Shown here in pieces: positions 8,008 through 17,530 of a DNA stretch of 64,000 nt. A model generated the notes under the pieces. The model had not been told where the DNA came from and made no database searches. It was given only the letters and a program-made list of their open reading frames with translations. The first letter of the stretch is position 1, and each line of letters opens with the position of its first letter. The position numbers and the translations under genes were made by a program. This DNA comes from Chromatiales bacterium (GTDB lineage Bacteria; Pseudomonadota; Gammaproteobacteria; Chromatiales; Chromatiaceae), in contig JANQRK010000008.1 of the NCBI GenBank assembly GCA_028284585.1, forward strand, positions 1,695 through 65,694, written 5' to 3'.

Positions 8008-10155
8008 CTATACCCCGAAATGGCTCAGAAACAACTGTCTGAGACTGCGGTACCACTGGCGTGCCAATGGCTCGACGCCATGATCAAAGCGCACATAGAC
8101 GCGATTGCCGATGCGCTCAATCGCCTGTAGACCCGGAACGGCCAAATCGAGCTGAAATACCCTCTGCAGCGTCTTCAATCCCGCGGGATCCTGTGGATCA
8201 AGCGCTAACGCACCACCGCCTTCGGTCGCCAAGGCCGCAGTCGGCAGACGATCCGCAGCCCCTGGCACAAAGCGGCTGATACTGGCGCGCATCGGTTCTG
8301 CTGTCCAGTCCGCCAAGCGTACATCAACCCGATGGGTTTGCTCGCGAACCAGCCCGATCTGCTCTTGATCGACGACAACTCTCACCGCGATATCTTCGGG
8401 TGAAAGAACATAGCCGACCAATTCGCCGCGTCGCAGGAACCGGCCCGGTAGATCTTCGGCATTGGGCACAATGAATACGCCGTCGGTCGGGCTAAGGATA
8501 ACCAGTGCCGCCAGGCGCTCGCTGGCGCGTGTCAACTCGGCGCGCACGCTCTCGATCTCAGCACGAATGACATCGGCACGGGTCGGATTGGCGAACTCTT
8601 GCTGCATATACCTGGCATCCAACTCCTCCAATCGGCTTTGCAGTAAGCGCACGTTCGCTTGCTGCAAAGTCGCTTCACAACGCACCAGGGGTTGGCCCTT
8701 GCGTACCAAGTCATTCGGTTGCGTCATCAGCTCCGCTACGAAGCCCTCCGCCTCGCTGCGTACCAGCGATTGTTGAGGCATCCAGACGACGCCTTCCGCA
8801 CGCGTCCACAAGGGCGCAGGAACGAGCAGCAGCAACCCGAGCATGCCACCCAGGATACACCCGGTCGACACCAGGGCACGTGCCCGAGTACGTTGCAACA
8901 CCGGGCTATGAAACACAAACCAAAGGCTCTTGAGCGACGGATAGACCACCATCACAACAACAGCCCAAATCGCCAAGATTAGCCCCAGCACAAAGAACTT
9001 GCCCGAAACAAACAGGACAATGACGAACACGATAAACAGGCGATAAACGAAGGAGGCGATGCCATAAATCAAGAACCAAGCCCGCTCGCCGGGCGCGGTT
9101 ACCGGTGAGCTGGCTTGCTCGGCCTTGAAGAGATAGCGCTGCACCAGGTACCCCAAGTACTTTTTGGAGCGCGTGGCAAGATTGGGGATCTCTATGGTGT
9201 CCGCGAGGACATAGTAGCCATCAAATCTAAGCAAAGGATTGCCGTTGAAAAGTAGCGTCGAAATACTGCCAATGAGCACGACATTGAAGGCGAAGGTACG
9301 AACCAATCCCGGCTCGACCAGCAACCAGATCATCAAGGCCAATGCCGCCAGCAGTAGCTCGACCATGATCCCTATTGCGCCCACGATCATGCGTTGGTGT
9401 TTGTCGCTGAACGCAGCCGCCGATGACGCCTCGACATAGGGTATGGGGGCCAGGACCAGCAAGATGATCCCCATCTCGTGTACCTCTCCCCCCCATACCT
9501 TGACCGCATAGCCGTGGCCGAACTCGTGCACCATCTTGATCAGGGGATAAGCCGCCCACAGCATCAATAGATTCTGGAACGTCAGCACACGATCCACGAC
9601 ATTGTCGGTCAATTCGCTCCAGTGCATACCGGCCAAGACAGCACCGGCACCGACGACGAGTAGCCACGCAAAGAACCCGAACCAACTAAACAGAGGGCGA
9701 ACCAACGGCAAGGTGGCGGACAAGAATCGTTCAGGATCGAGCAAGGGGAAGCGAATGGCCAAGGGATTTGTGAACCGCTGCCGCCACTTGGCGCGCCGCT
9801 GACGTTGGCCGCGCTGAAATACCTCTCGCGTATCCGGTATCACGTCCGATTGTAGGACGTCGGCCGCGTGTAGCTGGCCTAGCAGCCGCAGCAGTTCATC
9901 TTGCGTGGGGGCATGCTCACCGAGTTCGCGTTCGGCCAGTTCCCAAACCTGCTGGAGTGTGCGGTGCCCGTCGAGCAGGCCGATCACGAAGTTGGCCGCT
10001 GGGGTGAAGCGGAACGAGCGTTCGTTGGATGGATCGCGCAGCACGTACCAGATTTGGCCTCGGTACTCGTGTCGATCGAACTGCGCATGCCGCCGAATGC
10101 TCGGCTTCAGCGCCGCCACGCGGTACCAAGATGTGCTGGTCAGTGCCTCCCGCAT
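8008..10155 (-). CDS. PqqD/RRE-like domain + site-2 (M50) metalloprotease + HlyD-like adaptor fusion, 715 aa
   Basis: HEFGH (9514-9528) and NPLLRFDG (9217-9240) M50 motifs, multiple TM helices, C-terminal lipoyl-hybrid/coiled-coil region; N-terminal about 90 aa resembles the PqqD pattern (YVLRDP...FRF...LLDGHRTL). Confidence 0.88.
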   Translation of the reverse strand: MREALTSTSWYRVAALKPSIRRHAQFDRHEYRGQIWYVLRDPSNERSFRFTPAANFVIGLLDGHRTLQQVWELAERELGEHAPTQDELLRLLGQLHAADVLQSDVIPDTREVFQRGQRQRRAKWRQRFTNPLAIRFPLLDPERFLSATLPLVRPLFSWFGFFAWLLVVGAGAVLAGMHWSELTDNVVDRVLTFQNLLMLWAAYPLIKMVHEFGHGYAVKVWGGEVHEMGIILLVLAPIPYVEASSAAAFSDKHQRMIVGAIGIMVELLLAALALMIWLLVEPGLVRTFAFNVVLIGSISTLLFNGNPLLRFDGYYVLADTIEIPNLATRSKKYLGYLVQRYLFKAEQASSPVTAPGERAWFLIYGIASFVYRLFIVFVIVLFVSGKFFVLGLILAIWAVVVMVVYPSLKSLWFVFHSPVLQRTRARALVSTGCILGGMLGLLLLVPAPLWTRAEGVVWMPQQSLVRSEAEGFVAELMTQPNDLVRKGQPLVRCEATLQQANVRLLQSRLEELDARYMQQEFANPTRADVIRAEIESVRAELTRASERLAALVILSPTDGVFIVPNAEDLPGRFLRRGELVGYVLSPEDIAVRVVVDQEQIGLVREQTHRVDVRLADWTAEPMRASISRFVPGAADRLPTAALATEGGGALALDPQDPAGLKTLQRVFQLDLAVPGLQAIERIGNRVYVRFDHGVEPLARQWYRSLRQLFLSHFGV

Positions 10156-10171
10156 GTTGTGACTCCGCGAT

Positions 10172-12073
10172 CTACGGCTTCCAGGACCACAGCCAGAATC
10201 GCAGCCAGTGGATCAGCTTGTGGGTCCAGATCCAAACCTGCTTGCGCTGACCGATCTGGATCTTGCCGACGCCCTCCATTCCCGGACGAAGTCGCGACGA
10301 GGACCCTTCTAGGTTTGCTTCAACCCTGAAATAGTTGCCCCCTCCCTTAGCACTGGAGATCGGGGTGATCTTGGTGATCCGCATGGGCAAAATCTCGGTG
10401 CTCAATCCAGCTAGCACCAACTGACCTACCTGCCCCGGCTGCACCTGCGAGGCATCTCGCTCATCCACGTTGAGAATGACCCGATAGCTGTTCAGGGGTG
10501 CGATCTCGAACAAGGTATCGCCGCGTGCCACAGGTACGCCCAGTGACTGACTCATATCACCGGATACCACGACACCGTCGAACGGTGCCTTCAATCGGGT
10601 GCGCGCCAACTGCTCGTCTAGCAGCAACAATTGACTGTCGGCCTGGTCGATCTGCGCCTGTAACACACGTACTTGCGCACGATCGCGGTCTGCAAGCGCC
10701 TCGCTGTATTCGCGCTGTCGTTGTTCTTTCTGGCTCGCCCACTTGGCCCGTTGTAGGCGCAGATCTTTGTCTTCGAGCGTACACAAGACGTCGCCGGCCT
10801 GGACCACATCACCTGCCCGGTAGAACGCCTGGTCGACATAGCCATCGAGCAGTGCGGTGACTACCCGTTGAATCGAACCCTGCAGATGGGCATCAGCGGT
10901 AACCCGATAATCGCCTTCGGCGAAGTACGCGTAGGCCGCGACACAAGTCAGCAATGTTGCGGCCAACTTGAGTCCAAGGTGCCGGGGTCCGATCAACCGC
11001 CCTCCGAATCCCACTACAGAATCCCAGAGCTTGCTAACGATCCAGCGGTCGTCGCGGCGCTTGACCTCGAGGATTGGGCCGGCCAAGGTCGCAATGTTGC
11101 GACACAATTCCACAGTCGCTTGATCGAAAGATTGTCCCAGGGGACGGGCCAAAGTCATTGCGCCGACAAGCCGATCACCGTCTACCAAGGGGATGGTGCA
11201 AACGCCACCCAGGGTCGCCTGCTCCAAGAGCTGCGTCTGGGCACGAATCTGGACCAGGCTCGCCTCCGACTGATCGGGTGCTGGGCTGACCAAGACCCTT
11301 GCCTGCTCTATGGCTTCGTCCATCGCAGCACCGATCGAACGATGCAAGTTGGTCTTCTCGTTGATTGCCGCACTATGCGACCAGGCTGACACCCGAACTC
11401 GTCGGCCCGACCCGAAGCCCAGCGCGGCCCATTCGCAATCCAAATGCGTGGCAAGCTCGGTGGCCAGGGCGGTCACCGCAGCGCGAAAACTTGCTTGCTC
11501 CAAAGGCACAGCGATCAGTTCGAGCAGCGTCACCAGCCGCTCCTTGGAAGTGAAGGCTTTGCGCCTGACCAAGGCCTCCAACCATCCGCAGCTCCACTGC
11601 AATTGGCGCATGATGGAGCCTAGCTCGGTCGAGTCGCGGTCCTTGACTTCGACGGCGGCAACCCCGTGCAACAGTTCATCGACGACGATAGGGAAAGCTA
11701 CCGCATCTGGTCCACGGCGATCGCTGACTGTCGTCGAGTCACTACTACGTACGACACCCCGCCGCTCTGCCATGGCCAACTCGGCCGCCGCCACCAACAG
11801 AGGACTGCCGGATCCACCAACCGGCCAATAGGCGAGCGGCCGGTACGGGCCCACTCCGGCCTTGCCGAGGACGACAGCTGCATGTTGTACACCGCCGGTG
11901 AAGCGGCACAGCAATTCCAACCAGGCGGCCGCGAAGGCCTCGGGCGAAGATGCCCGTTGGAATTCGACCCAAGCTTGTTTATCGATGTAAGGTGCATCCG
12001 CCGCCGCGGTGACCTCACCCTCGCACTCGACCGAGGCAGAATCGTGCGACGTATCCTCAAGCCCAGTTGCCAA
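10172..12073 (-). CDS. GAF-domain-containing HlyD-family adaptor, 633 aa
   Basis: Two GAF-like segments (AFPIVVDELLHGVAAVE; CTIPLVDGDRLVGAMTL), one TM (LGLKLAATLLTCVAAYAYF), then hybrid motif, coiled coil, LKAPFDGVVVSGD, LRPGMEGVGKI. Confidence 0.88.
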   Translation of the reverse strand: MATGLEDTSHDSASVECEGEVTAAADAPYIDKQAWVEFQRASSPEAFAAAWLELLCRFTGGVQHAAVVLGKAGVGPYRPLAYWPVGGSGSPLLVAAAELAMAERRGVVRSSDSTTVSDRRGPDAVAFPIVVDELLHGVAAVEVKDRDSTELGSIMRQLQWSCGWLEALVRRKAFTSKERLVTLLELIAVPLEQASFRAAVTALATELATHLDCEWAALGFGSGRRVRVSAWSHSAAINEKTNLHRSIGAAMDEAIEQARVLVSPAPDQSEASLVQIRAQTQLLEQATLGGVCTIPLVDGDRLVGAMTLARPLGQSFDQATVELCRNIATLAGPILEVKRRDDRWIVSKLWDSVVGFGGRLIGPRHLGLKLAATLLTCVAAYAYFAEGDYRVTADAHLQGSIQRVVTALLDGYVDQAFYRAGDVVQAGDVLCTLEDKDLRLQRAKWASQKEQRQREYSEALADRDRAQVRVLQAQIDQADSQLLLLDEQLARTRLKAPFDGVVVSGDMSQSLGVPVARGDTLFEIAPLNSYRVILNVDERDASQVQPGQVGQLVLAGLSTEILPMRITKITPISSAKGGGNYFRVEANLEGSSSRLRPGMEGVGKIQIGQRKQVWIWTHKLIHWLRFWLWSWKP

Positions 12074-12238
12074 AGCTTTCCCCCACCCGCCAGCGGTAAA
12101 CTTTCGTCACTCCACATTAGCGCCAGGTGGCAGAACAGCACGGATCGCGGACGCGGCGACCACCCGTAGATGCGCGCCCGCGAGACCTAAGATTCACCGG
12201 CAACTGAATGCTAGAGGAATCCCTGGGGCTTCACCAGT

Positions 12239-12263
12239 CCGGCAGTGAGGGGAACACTGCCGG
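12239..12263. other. GC-rich hairpin, possible terminator or 5' UTR structure
   Basis: Perfect 9-bp inverted repeat CCGGCAGTG-AGGGGAA-CACTGCCGG between the M12 peptidase gene and the secretion cluster; no clear U-tract. Confidence 0.3.
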
Positions 12264-12598
12264 CCCAACCTTGCTTGACCCAAGGGGCCTGCTACCGCAA
12301 CCGGGGGCGTCAGCATCACCTGACGACACATGGGACACCCAGACTTGGATCATTTTGAGAGTTGTCTTTCGAGACAATACGCTAGCGTGAAGAATCTAGC
12401 GCCGAATACAGGCGATGGCGCTGAATTGCGGGGCATACTCATGCGGCATGCGGTGAATGTGACCACCTTGGCCGCATGGCCTCCCAAGAGGATTTGCCTC
12501 TTGGGAGGGTACGGCCAAGGCATCTTTCATTGCCCTATTCGCAAGATCACGCTATCCGAAACAGGGTCTCAAATGCAGCTGCGTTCGTAGTGACAGGT

Positions 12599-14767
12599 TC
12601 AAGGCGCTGCATCGGCCTTGACATTGTCAATGATGACGACAGTCCTTTCGTCGGAATAGGTCTTTTTGTTGTTGAATCCACCAATGGCGACCCTGTGCTC
12701 GCCGGCCGAGAGTTCGCCGAGGTCGACTTGGAACCTCTGCCAACCGGACGTCTTCCAAGGACCACCGTTTCCGTCACCCCTGATCCGCTTCAGAAAGCTA
12801 CCACCAGGTGCACCAATCAGGTTTCCATCGACAGACAGAAGTGCATCACTGTACTCGTCGCTCTCATAACCTGGGGCCTGGGCTATGCGATAGTCAAAGG
12901 ATAGGGTTACCTTGCTCGGGCTACTCAAGGAAAAGGTCCTCTGCCATCCACCCGACATATCCTGGACTGCGCGGTTGTCCCGGCCGCCCAGCACCACTGC
13001 TAGGAAGCCGTCGCCATTTCGCCAGGCGGCATGTCTTCCCGAGGCGTAACGCGGGTGATTGGTATTGCGGAAAGCATCAGCGACGAACTCGAAGCCCTCG
13101 GTGTCTTCAGTGAAGTCCGAATGAAAAATTGCCGGCCCGTCGTCACCGCGGACGTTGATTCTTACCTCTGCCGTATTGTTCGAAGGATTGTCGTCATTGT
13201 CCGCTGCCGAGTTCACGGTGCTTGTCAGCGTATCCGCTGCCGGCCCGGCTTGTAATCGCATGACGACCGTCCGTGTGGAACTGCTGTCAATGTCGCCAAA
13301 GTCACAGCTCACCTCCGACTGACTCTCAAAACACTGCGCCCCGCCGTCGGCGACGTCGATCATCGCCAAACTCTCTGGTATCGAGATCGCAGCCGTTACA
13401 TTTGTCGCGACGGCCACACCGCTGTTTCTCACCTCCACTCGATACTCGAATTCGCTCAGGACCGTCGTTTCGATCGGGTTCGTCGGAATGATCACTCGAA
13501 CGTCCGTGGTCGCAGGAGGCGGCTGATCAGGGTCGTCAACTTCTGTGATACAGACCGCGCGATCAATATGCGGTTGCATCTGGTCCAAACTGCACTGAGA
13601 GAATTGATCGCTGCCATTGCCGAACGGATTCATAATGAAGTTCCCTGCCGTATTCGCACAGGGTGAGCCGCCCTGATTATCGTGCGGCGCACCGAAGTTG
13701 TGGCCCATCTCATGCGCGACTATCAAGGCTCCCGCCGTGCCTCTACCAGTGGTTTGACTCAGCCCGACACCAAAGGCCTCGCGACACAAGGTGCCGACGT
13801 AGGCAATGCCGACGACGCCACCATTTAGATCTCTCCCGGTAAACAGGTGCGCCAAACCAGGATTGACAAAGTCGCTAGCGGCCACAAAGTCGCTGAACTG
13901 GTCCAGAAGAGTGCCGGCTTGCGAGGAACTCAATCCTCCGTTGCTCCGCAATGCACGAATCTCAGTGACATTGATTTGAACACCCACCTGCTCAGAGTAG
14001 ATGCCGTCAACAATGTTCATACGGGCCACCACAGCGGCATCCGGATTGCTGGGATTGGCGTCGACAAACTGCCTGTCCGCGACCACGGCGATGTCGAGCT
14101 TTCGAGCCGCCGCCGGGAGAGCCTGTCTCAATGTACGCAGCTCGTCCACCAAGCCTTGGTAATCATCCATAGGCCTCGCGCTTGGATGTACCGCACAGCT
14201 TCCCGTACAGGACTCGGTATCTGAAAGCCGATATATCACTGGATACGGCTGGCGCTGTCGTGCCTTTGGTGCCGCAGCGCCTTGCTGATCATCCAGCATC
14301 GGTTCCACTCGGTCGGATGTATCGATGATGTACAGCTCCTCGCCATCCCACATGGTTCCGGAGATCTGCTCTCCCGCACGATTGATGCGTACCCAAGACC
14401 CATCGATGCCTTCGATGTAGCCCTCGTAGGCCGTCATGGATTTTTCGAGTCGCTGTCTCTGCTCTTCGGGCAGATCAGCAATCAACCGGGTATTCGGCTT
14501 GAGGACTACAGCGAACCGCTTTCCAAAGGCCTCGAAAGTCAGCGTGGCCTCAGATGCCTGCTCGGCTTGCTGCGCCGCTTGGGCGTTATCAGTTGATAAG
14601 GAGGGCGGTAGGCCGAACTCCACCGATTGCATGGGCTCATGATGGAGTATGCGGAAATCTTCATCGACGGTGAGGGCACCTTCGTGAACACCATGAGCGA
14701 GTGAGGCTCGCCCTTGAATACCGATACACAGTATTGCTAACAAAATATACGTTGTAGATCTTCTCAT
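12599..14767 (-). CDS. Secreted reprolysin-like (M12B) zinc metallopeptidase with DUF11/Ig-like and C-terminal beta-sandwich domains
   Basis: Signal peptide, prodomain, HEMGHNFGAPHD zinc motif, Met-turn FIMNP, DUF11-like NSAADNDDNPSNNTA; ATG 14767 has a GGAG RBS. Confidence 0.9.
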   Translation of the reverse strand: MRRSTTYILLAILCIGIQGRASLAHGVHEGALTVDEDFRILHHEPMQSVEFGLPPSLSTDNAQAAQQAEQASEATLTFEAFGKRFAVVLKPNTRLIADLPEEQRQRLEKSMTAYEGYIEGIDGSWVRINRAGEQISGTMWDGEELYIIDTSDRVEPMLDDQQGAAAPKARQRQPYPVIYRLSDTESCTGSCAVHPSARPMDDYQGLVDELRTLRQALPAAARKLDIAVVADRQFVDANPSNPDAAVVARMNIVDGIYSEQVGVQINVTEIRALRSNGGLSSSQAGTLLDQFSDFVAASDFVNPGLAHLFTGRDLNGGVVGIAYVGTLCREAFGVGLSQTTGRGTAGALIVAHEMGHNFGAPHDNQGGSPCANTAGNFIMNPFGNGSDQFSQCSLDQMQPHIDRAVCITEVDDPDQPPPATTDVRVIIPTNPIETTVLSEFEYRVEVRNSGVAVATNVTAAISIPESLAMIDVADGGAQCFESQSEVSCDFGDIDSSSTRTVVMRLQAGPAADTLTSTVNSAADNDDNPSNNTAEVRINVRGDDGPAIFHSDFTEDTEGFEFVADAFRNTNHPRYASGRHAAWRNGDGFLAVVLGGRDNRAVQDMSGGWQRTFSLSSPSKVTLSFDYRIAQAPGYESDEYSDALLSVDGNLIGAPGGSFLKRIRGDGNGGPWKTSGWQRFQVDLGELSAGEHRVAIGGFNNKKTYSDERTVVIIDNVKADAAP

Positions 14768-15190
14768 TGGCACTCCAAGTTGGTGGATTGGGAAAGTGAG
14801 ATCCAGTCATATTTTTATTTCATTTAGATAGCTCCACGGCCGACCAGATACGTCCGAAAAATTGATTTCCACAGCTCTGCTTCACGGCCACCGATGGATA
14901 ATTCGCCAATTGGCAACATTGAGATATTGGAGAGTCATGCCACGGATAAGCGAAAAACCGAGATAATTGATAGTTGCTAGGAATATGGACTAGCGAAATC
15001 AACGAATACTCTCCACATCGATGTCCAATAAATGTCGTTCGGCGTCATTCAGATCGATCGTCGAAAACAAACCCAGTTCGAACATCCAGTTAGAGGTACC
15101 GCGGTCGTGCGCCAATGCATCACGCTCGCTTGGATGACCCATGGGTCAAAGCGACCTTAGCGCTTCAACAGGCATTCGGTCTGTTGGATT

Positions 15191-15215
15191 TTTGTAGCCT
15201 ATTTGTAGCCTTTGT
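15191..15215 (-). promoter_or_regulatory. Tandem direct repeat, putative OmpR-family (RstA-like) binding site
   Basis: TTTGTAGCCT repeated at 15191 and 15202 (11-bp period) plus a partial third copy; reads TACA-N7-TACA on the minus strand. Confidence 0.4.
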
Positions 15216-15418
15216 TTCATACATGGATACCTTGTCTAAGGTTTCATTTCATGCACTAGGCCGTTATAAACAGTAGCAATCCGAGAACTATATGAACGAG
15301 AAGCTCGATCTTTGACGGAAAGCGACTAGGTCGCTTACGGCACAGCGAAATGCCGCAAGAGAATGGGGGCTGACGATTGTCAATTCGCCCGAGAGATCAG
15401 TGGCATCGGTTATAGATC

Positions 15419-15454
15419 CCTAAGGAACTTCTGAAAAATCAGAGGTTCCTTAGG
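15419..15454. repeat. 16-bp near-perfect palindrome overlapping the kinase stop codon
   Basis: CCTAAGGAACTTCTGA-AAAA-TCAGAGGTTCCTTAGG, one mismatch. Confidence 0.7.
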
Positions 15455-16787
15455 TGCCTTTGCCGGAGTGCGCCACCTGAGCTTCGGCGGAAGCTGTGGC
15501 CAGGGGCCAGTCCAGGCGAAACCGCGCACCGCCGAGTGGGCTATCCTCGACGGTTACCCTCCCCTTGTGCTTGCGAGCAATGCGGGCAACGATTGCAAGG
15601 CCGAGTCCAGTGCCGCCGGAGATACGAGAACGGCTTGGATCCAGTCGGGTGAAGGGTTCGAAGATACGTTTGTGTTGGTAAGTTGGAATACCTAGGCCGT
15701 CATCGTCAACGGCTAGCCAGAACTCGTCGCCCCGTTTTTCCCAAGCAATCCGTACCCGACCCTGCGCAAAGCGAGACGCGTTACTGACCAGGTTCGATAA
15801 GGCGCGTTGAAAATACACCGGATCCACCTGGGCGCGCAGCGGAATGGTCATAGCTGGCTGGGTAGTGAATTCAATATCCGGGTTCGACTCTCGCTGATTC
15901 TGGACAATCTGCTCGACCAGCGGGTCCACTGCAACCCATTGCAGGGTAAGCAGTGGCGTGCCGGGTTGGAGACGGACATAGCCCAGCACCTCGGCCACGA
16001 GGTTGCGCAAATCGTCGATTGCTTCGTCCATGTCATTCCAGGCCATGCCACGGGGCTCATTCACGTCGACAGCAGCGATCTCGACAGCAAAACTCAAGCG
16101 GGAGAGCGGTGCCCTGAATTCGTGAGCCACGGCTTGCAATAGTTCTTGCTGTTCCTGCAGTAGCTGCTGGATCTCCGCAGCCATTCGGTTCAATGCCAAG
16201 GCAAGATCACCGATGGCATCGGGATAGCGATCATCGGCGCGCACATGCCAATTGCCTTGGCCGATAGCGCGCGCTGCCGACTCCAATGACTTCAACCGCC
16301 TTACCACAGGTATTGTCAGGAGGACACCGAACAAGCCGATGACCAAGGTTGCACCAATCGCAGCAGTCAGAATGTCCGAGGGATAAGGGTCTGCCAATGG
16401 CTCGGGCGGCATAATATGGGCCACCGTCGGGGTACCAGGGATCTTTAGAGTTAATTTGGGGCCGCCCTCGTTCTCGGTTACTACCAGGGGCTCACCCGCT
16501 GCAAGCACCGCCCTGATATCTTCGGGCCAGTCAGCTTCATCCAGCGGTGCCAGAGAGACCTTGAGACGAGACTGCTTGAAGTAGCGCTCTATCTCCTCGC
16601 TCCATTTGCCGCGATCCGTCGCAGCCAGTCTCTGCACCATACTGTGTCCGGTTGTTTGCAGTTCTGCCAGAAGTTCCTCAGTGTCTGGCCGGCCGGGCGG
16701 GTAACGTAACAACCAGTACACAATCGCGGATGCCGCCAGCAAGGCAAGCAGCATGCCGGCGAAAAACCGGAAAAAGAGCTGGATCAT
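15450..16787 (-). CDS. Sensor histidine kinase, RstB/CpxA-like (2 TM, HAMP, HisKA, HATPase)
   Basis: AVAHEFRAPLSRL H-box, NLVSNA, VDDDGLGI, GGTGLGL; ATGA overlap with the regulator. Confidence 0.95.
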   Translation of the reverse strand: MIQLFFRFFAGMLLALLAASAIVYWLLRYPPGRPDTEELLAELQTTGHSMVQRLAATDRGKWSEEIERYFKQSRLKVSLAPLDEADWPEDIRAVLAAGEPLVVTENEGGPKLTLKIPGTPTVAHIMPPEPLADPYPSDILTAAIGATLVIGLFGVLLTIPVVRRLKSLESAARAIGQGNWHVRADDRYPDAIGDLALALNRMAAEIQQLLQEQQELLQAVAHEFRAPLSRLSFAVEIAAVDVNEPRGMAWNDMDEAIDDLRNLVAEVLGYVRLQPGTPLLTLQWVAVDPLVEQIVQNQRESNPDIEFTTQPAMTIPLRAQVDPVYFQRALSNLVSNASRFAQGRVRIAWEKRGDEFWLAVDDDGLGIPTYQHKRIFEPFTRLDPSRSRISGGTGLGLAIVARIARKHKGRVTVEDSPLGGARFRLDWPLATASAEAQVAHSGKGT

Positions 16788-17530
16788 TGCATCAGAATGT
16801 AACCCACACCGCGCACGCTTTTGATTAGCGCGGGGTCTCTTGGGTCGTCGCCCAGCTTCTTGCGCAACTTGGAGATACGCAAATCGATCGTTCGATCCTG
16901 TCCGTCATGTGCTAGACCGCGCGTATGCCAGTGCATCACATCCCTACTCAGCACATGGCCGGCGTGGCGAGCCAGCAGCCACAGCAGCTCGAACTCGGCA
17001 CTCGTCAAGAAGACAGCTTGACCCCGCAAGAACGCGGCACGTGAGCCTGCAGTCAGCTCCAAGTCACCCACTCTTATCGATCGCGCCCCCTCCTTCCAAA
17101 CATCGCTTTTCGCGGGCACTCGACCGATCCGGTGTGATTCTTCAGTAGCGTCCTCCTTACAGCGGCGCAGTAAAGCTCGCACCCTGGCCAGCAGAACACG
17201 TGGTCGAACTGGCTTGGCAAGATAATCGTCAGCACCAGTTTCAAGCCCGGCAACTTCGTCAACGTCGTCACCCAAGGCTGTCAGAATCATGATCGGGCCA
17301 GCATAGGAGCTTCGAACGCTGCGACATATAGTGAGGCCGTCTGTGCCCGGCAGCATGACATCCAATATGACCAATGTCGGCTGCTCGCGAGCAATGCGTT
17401 CCAACGCGCGCGCCCCATCTGCTTCGGTATCCACTTGGAACCCGTTGCTCGTGAGGAACTTTGCAACCAATCTTGTGAGTTCAGCATCATCGTCGACCAA
17501 GAGGACCGGTGAAGACTGTGGATTCGACAT
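16784..17530 (-). CDS. OmpR-family response regulator, RstA-like
   Basis: VLLVDDD, ILDVMLPGTDG, ADDYLAKP, DGQDRTIDLRISKLRKKLGDDP, IKSVRGVGY; start refined to ATG 17530. Confidence 0.95.
   Translation of the reverse strand: MSNPQSSPVLLVDDDAELTRLVAKFLTSNGFQVDTEADGARALERIAREQPTLVILDVMLPGTDGLTICRSVRSSYAGPIMILTALGDDVDEVAGLETGADDYLAKPVRPRVLLARVRALLRRCKEDATEESHRIGRVPAKSDVWKEGARSIRVGDLELTAGSRAAFLRGQAVFLTSAEFELLWLLARHAGHVLSRDVMHWHTRGLAHDGQDRTIDLRISKLRKKLGDDPRDPALIKSVRGVGYILMQ

Noticed and set aside
1-12073. Reading the locus as a standard RTX type I secretion system
   Set aside because: No ABC ATPase or TolC, no run of GGxGxDxL nonapeptides in the visible part, and a SecA-type ATPase instead; the substrate C-terminus is outside the window, so a C-terminal T1SS signal cannot be excluded
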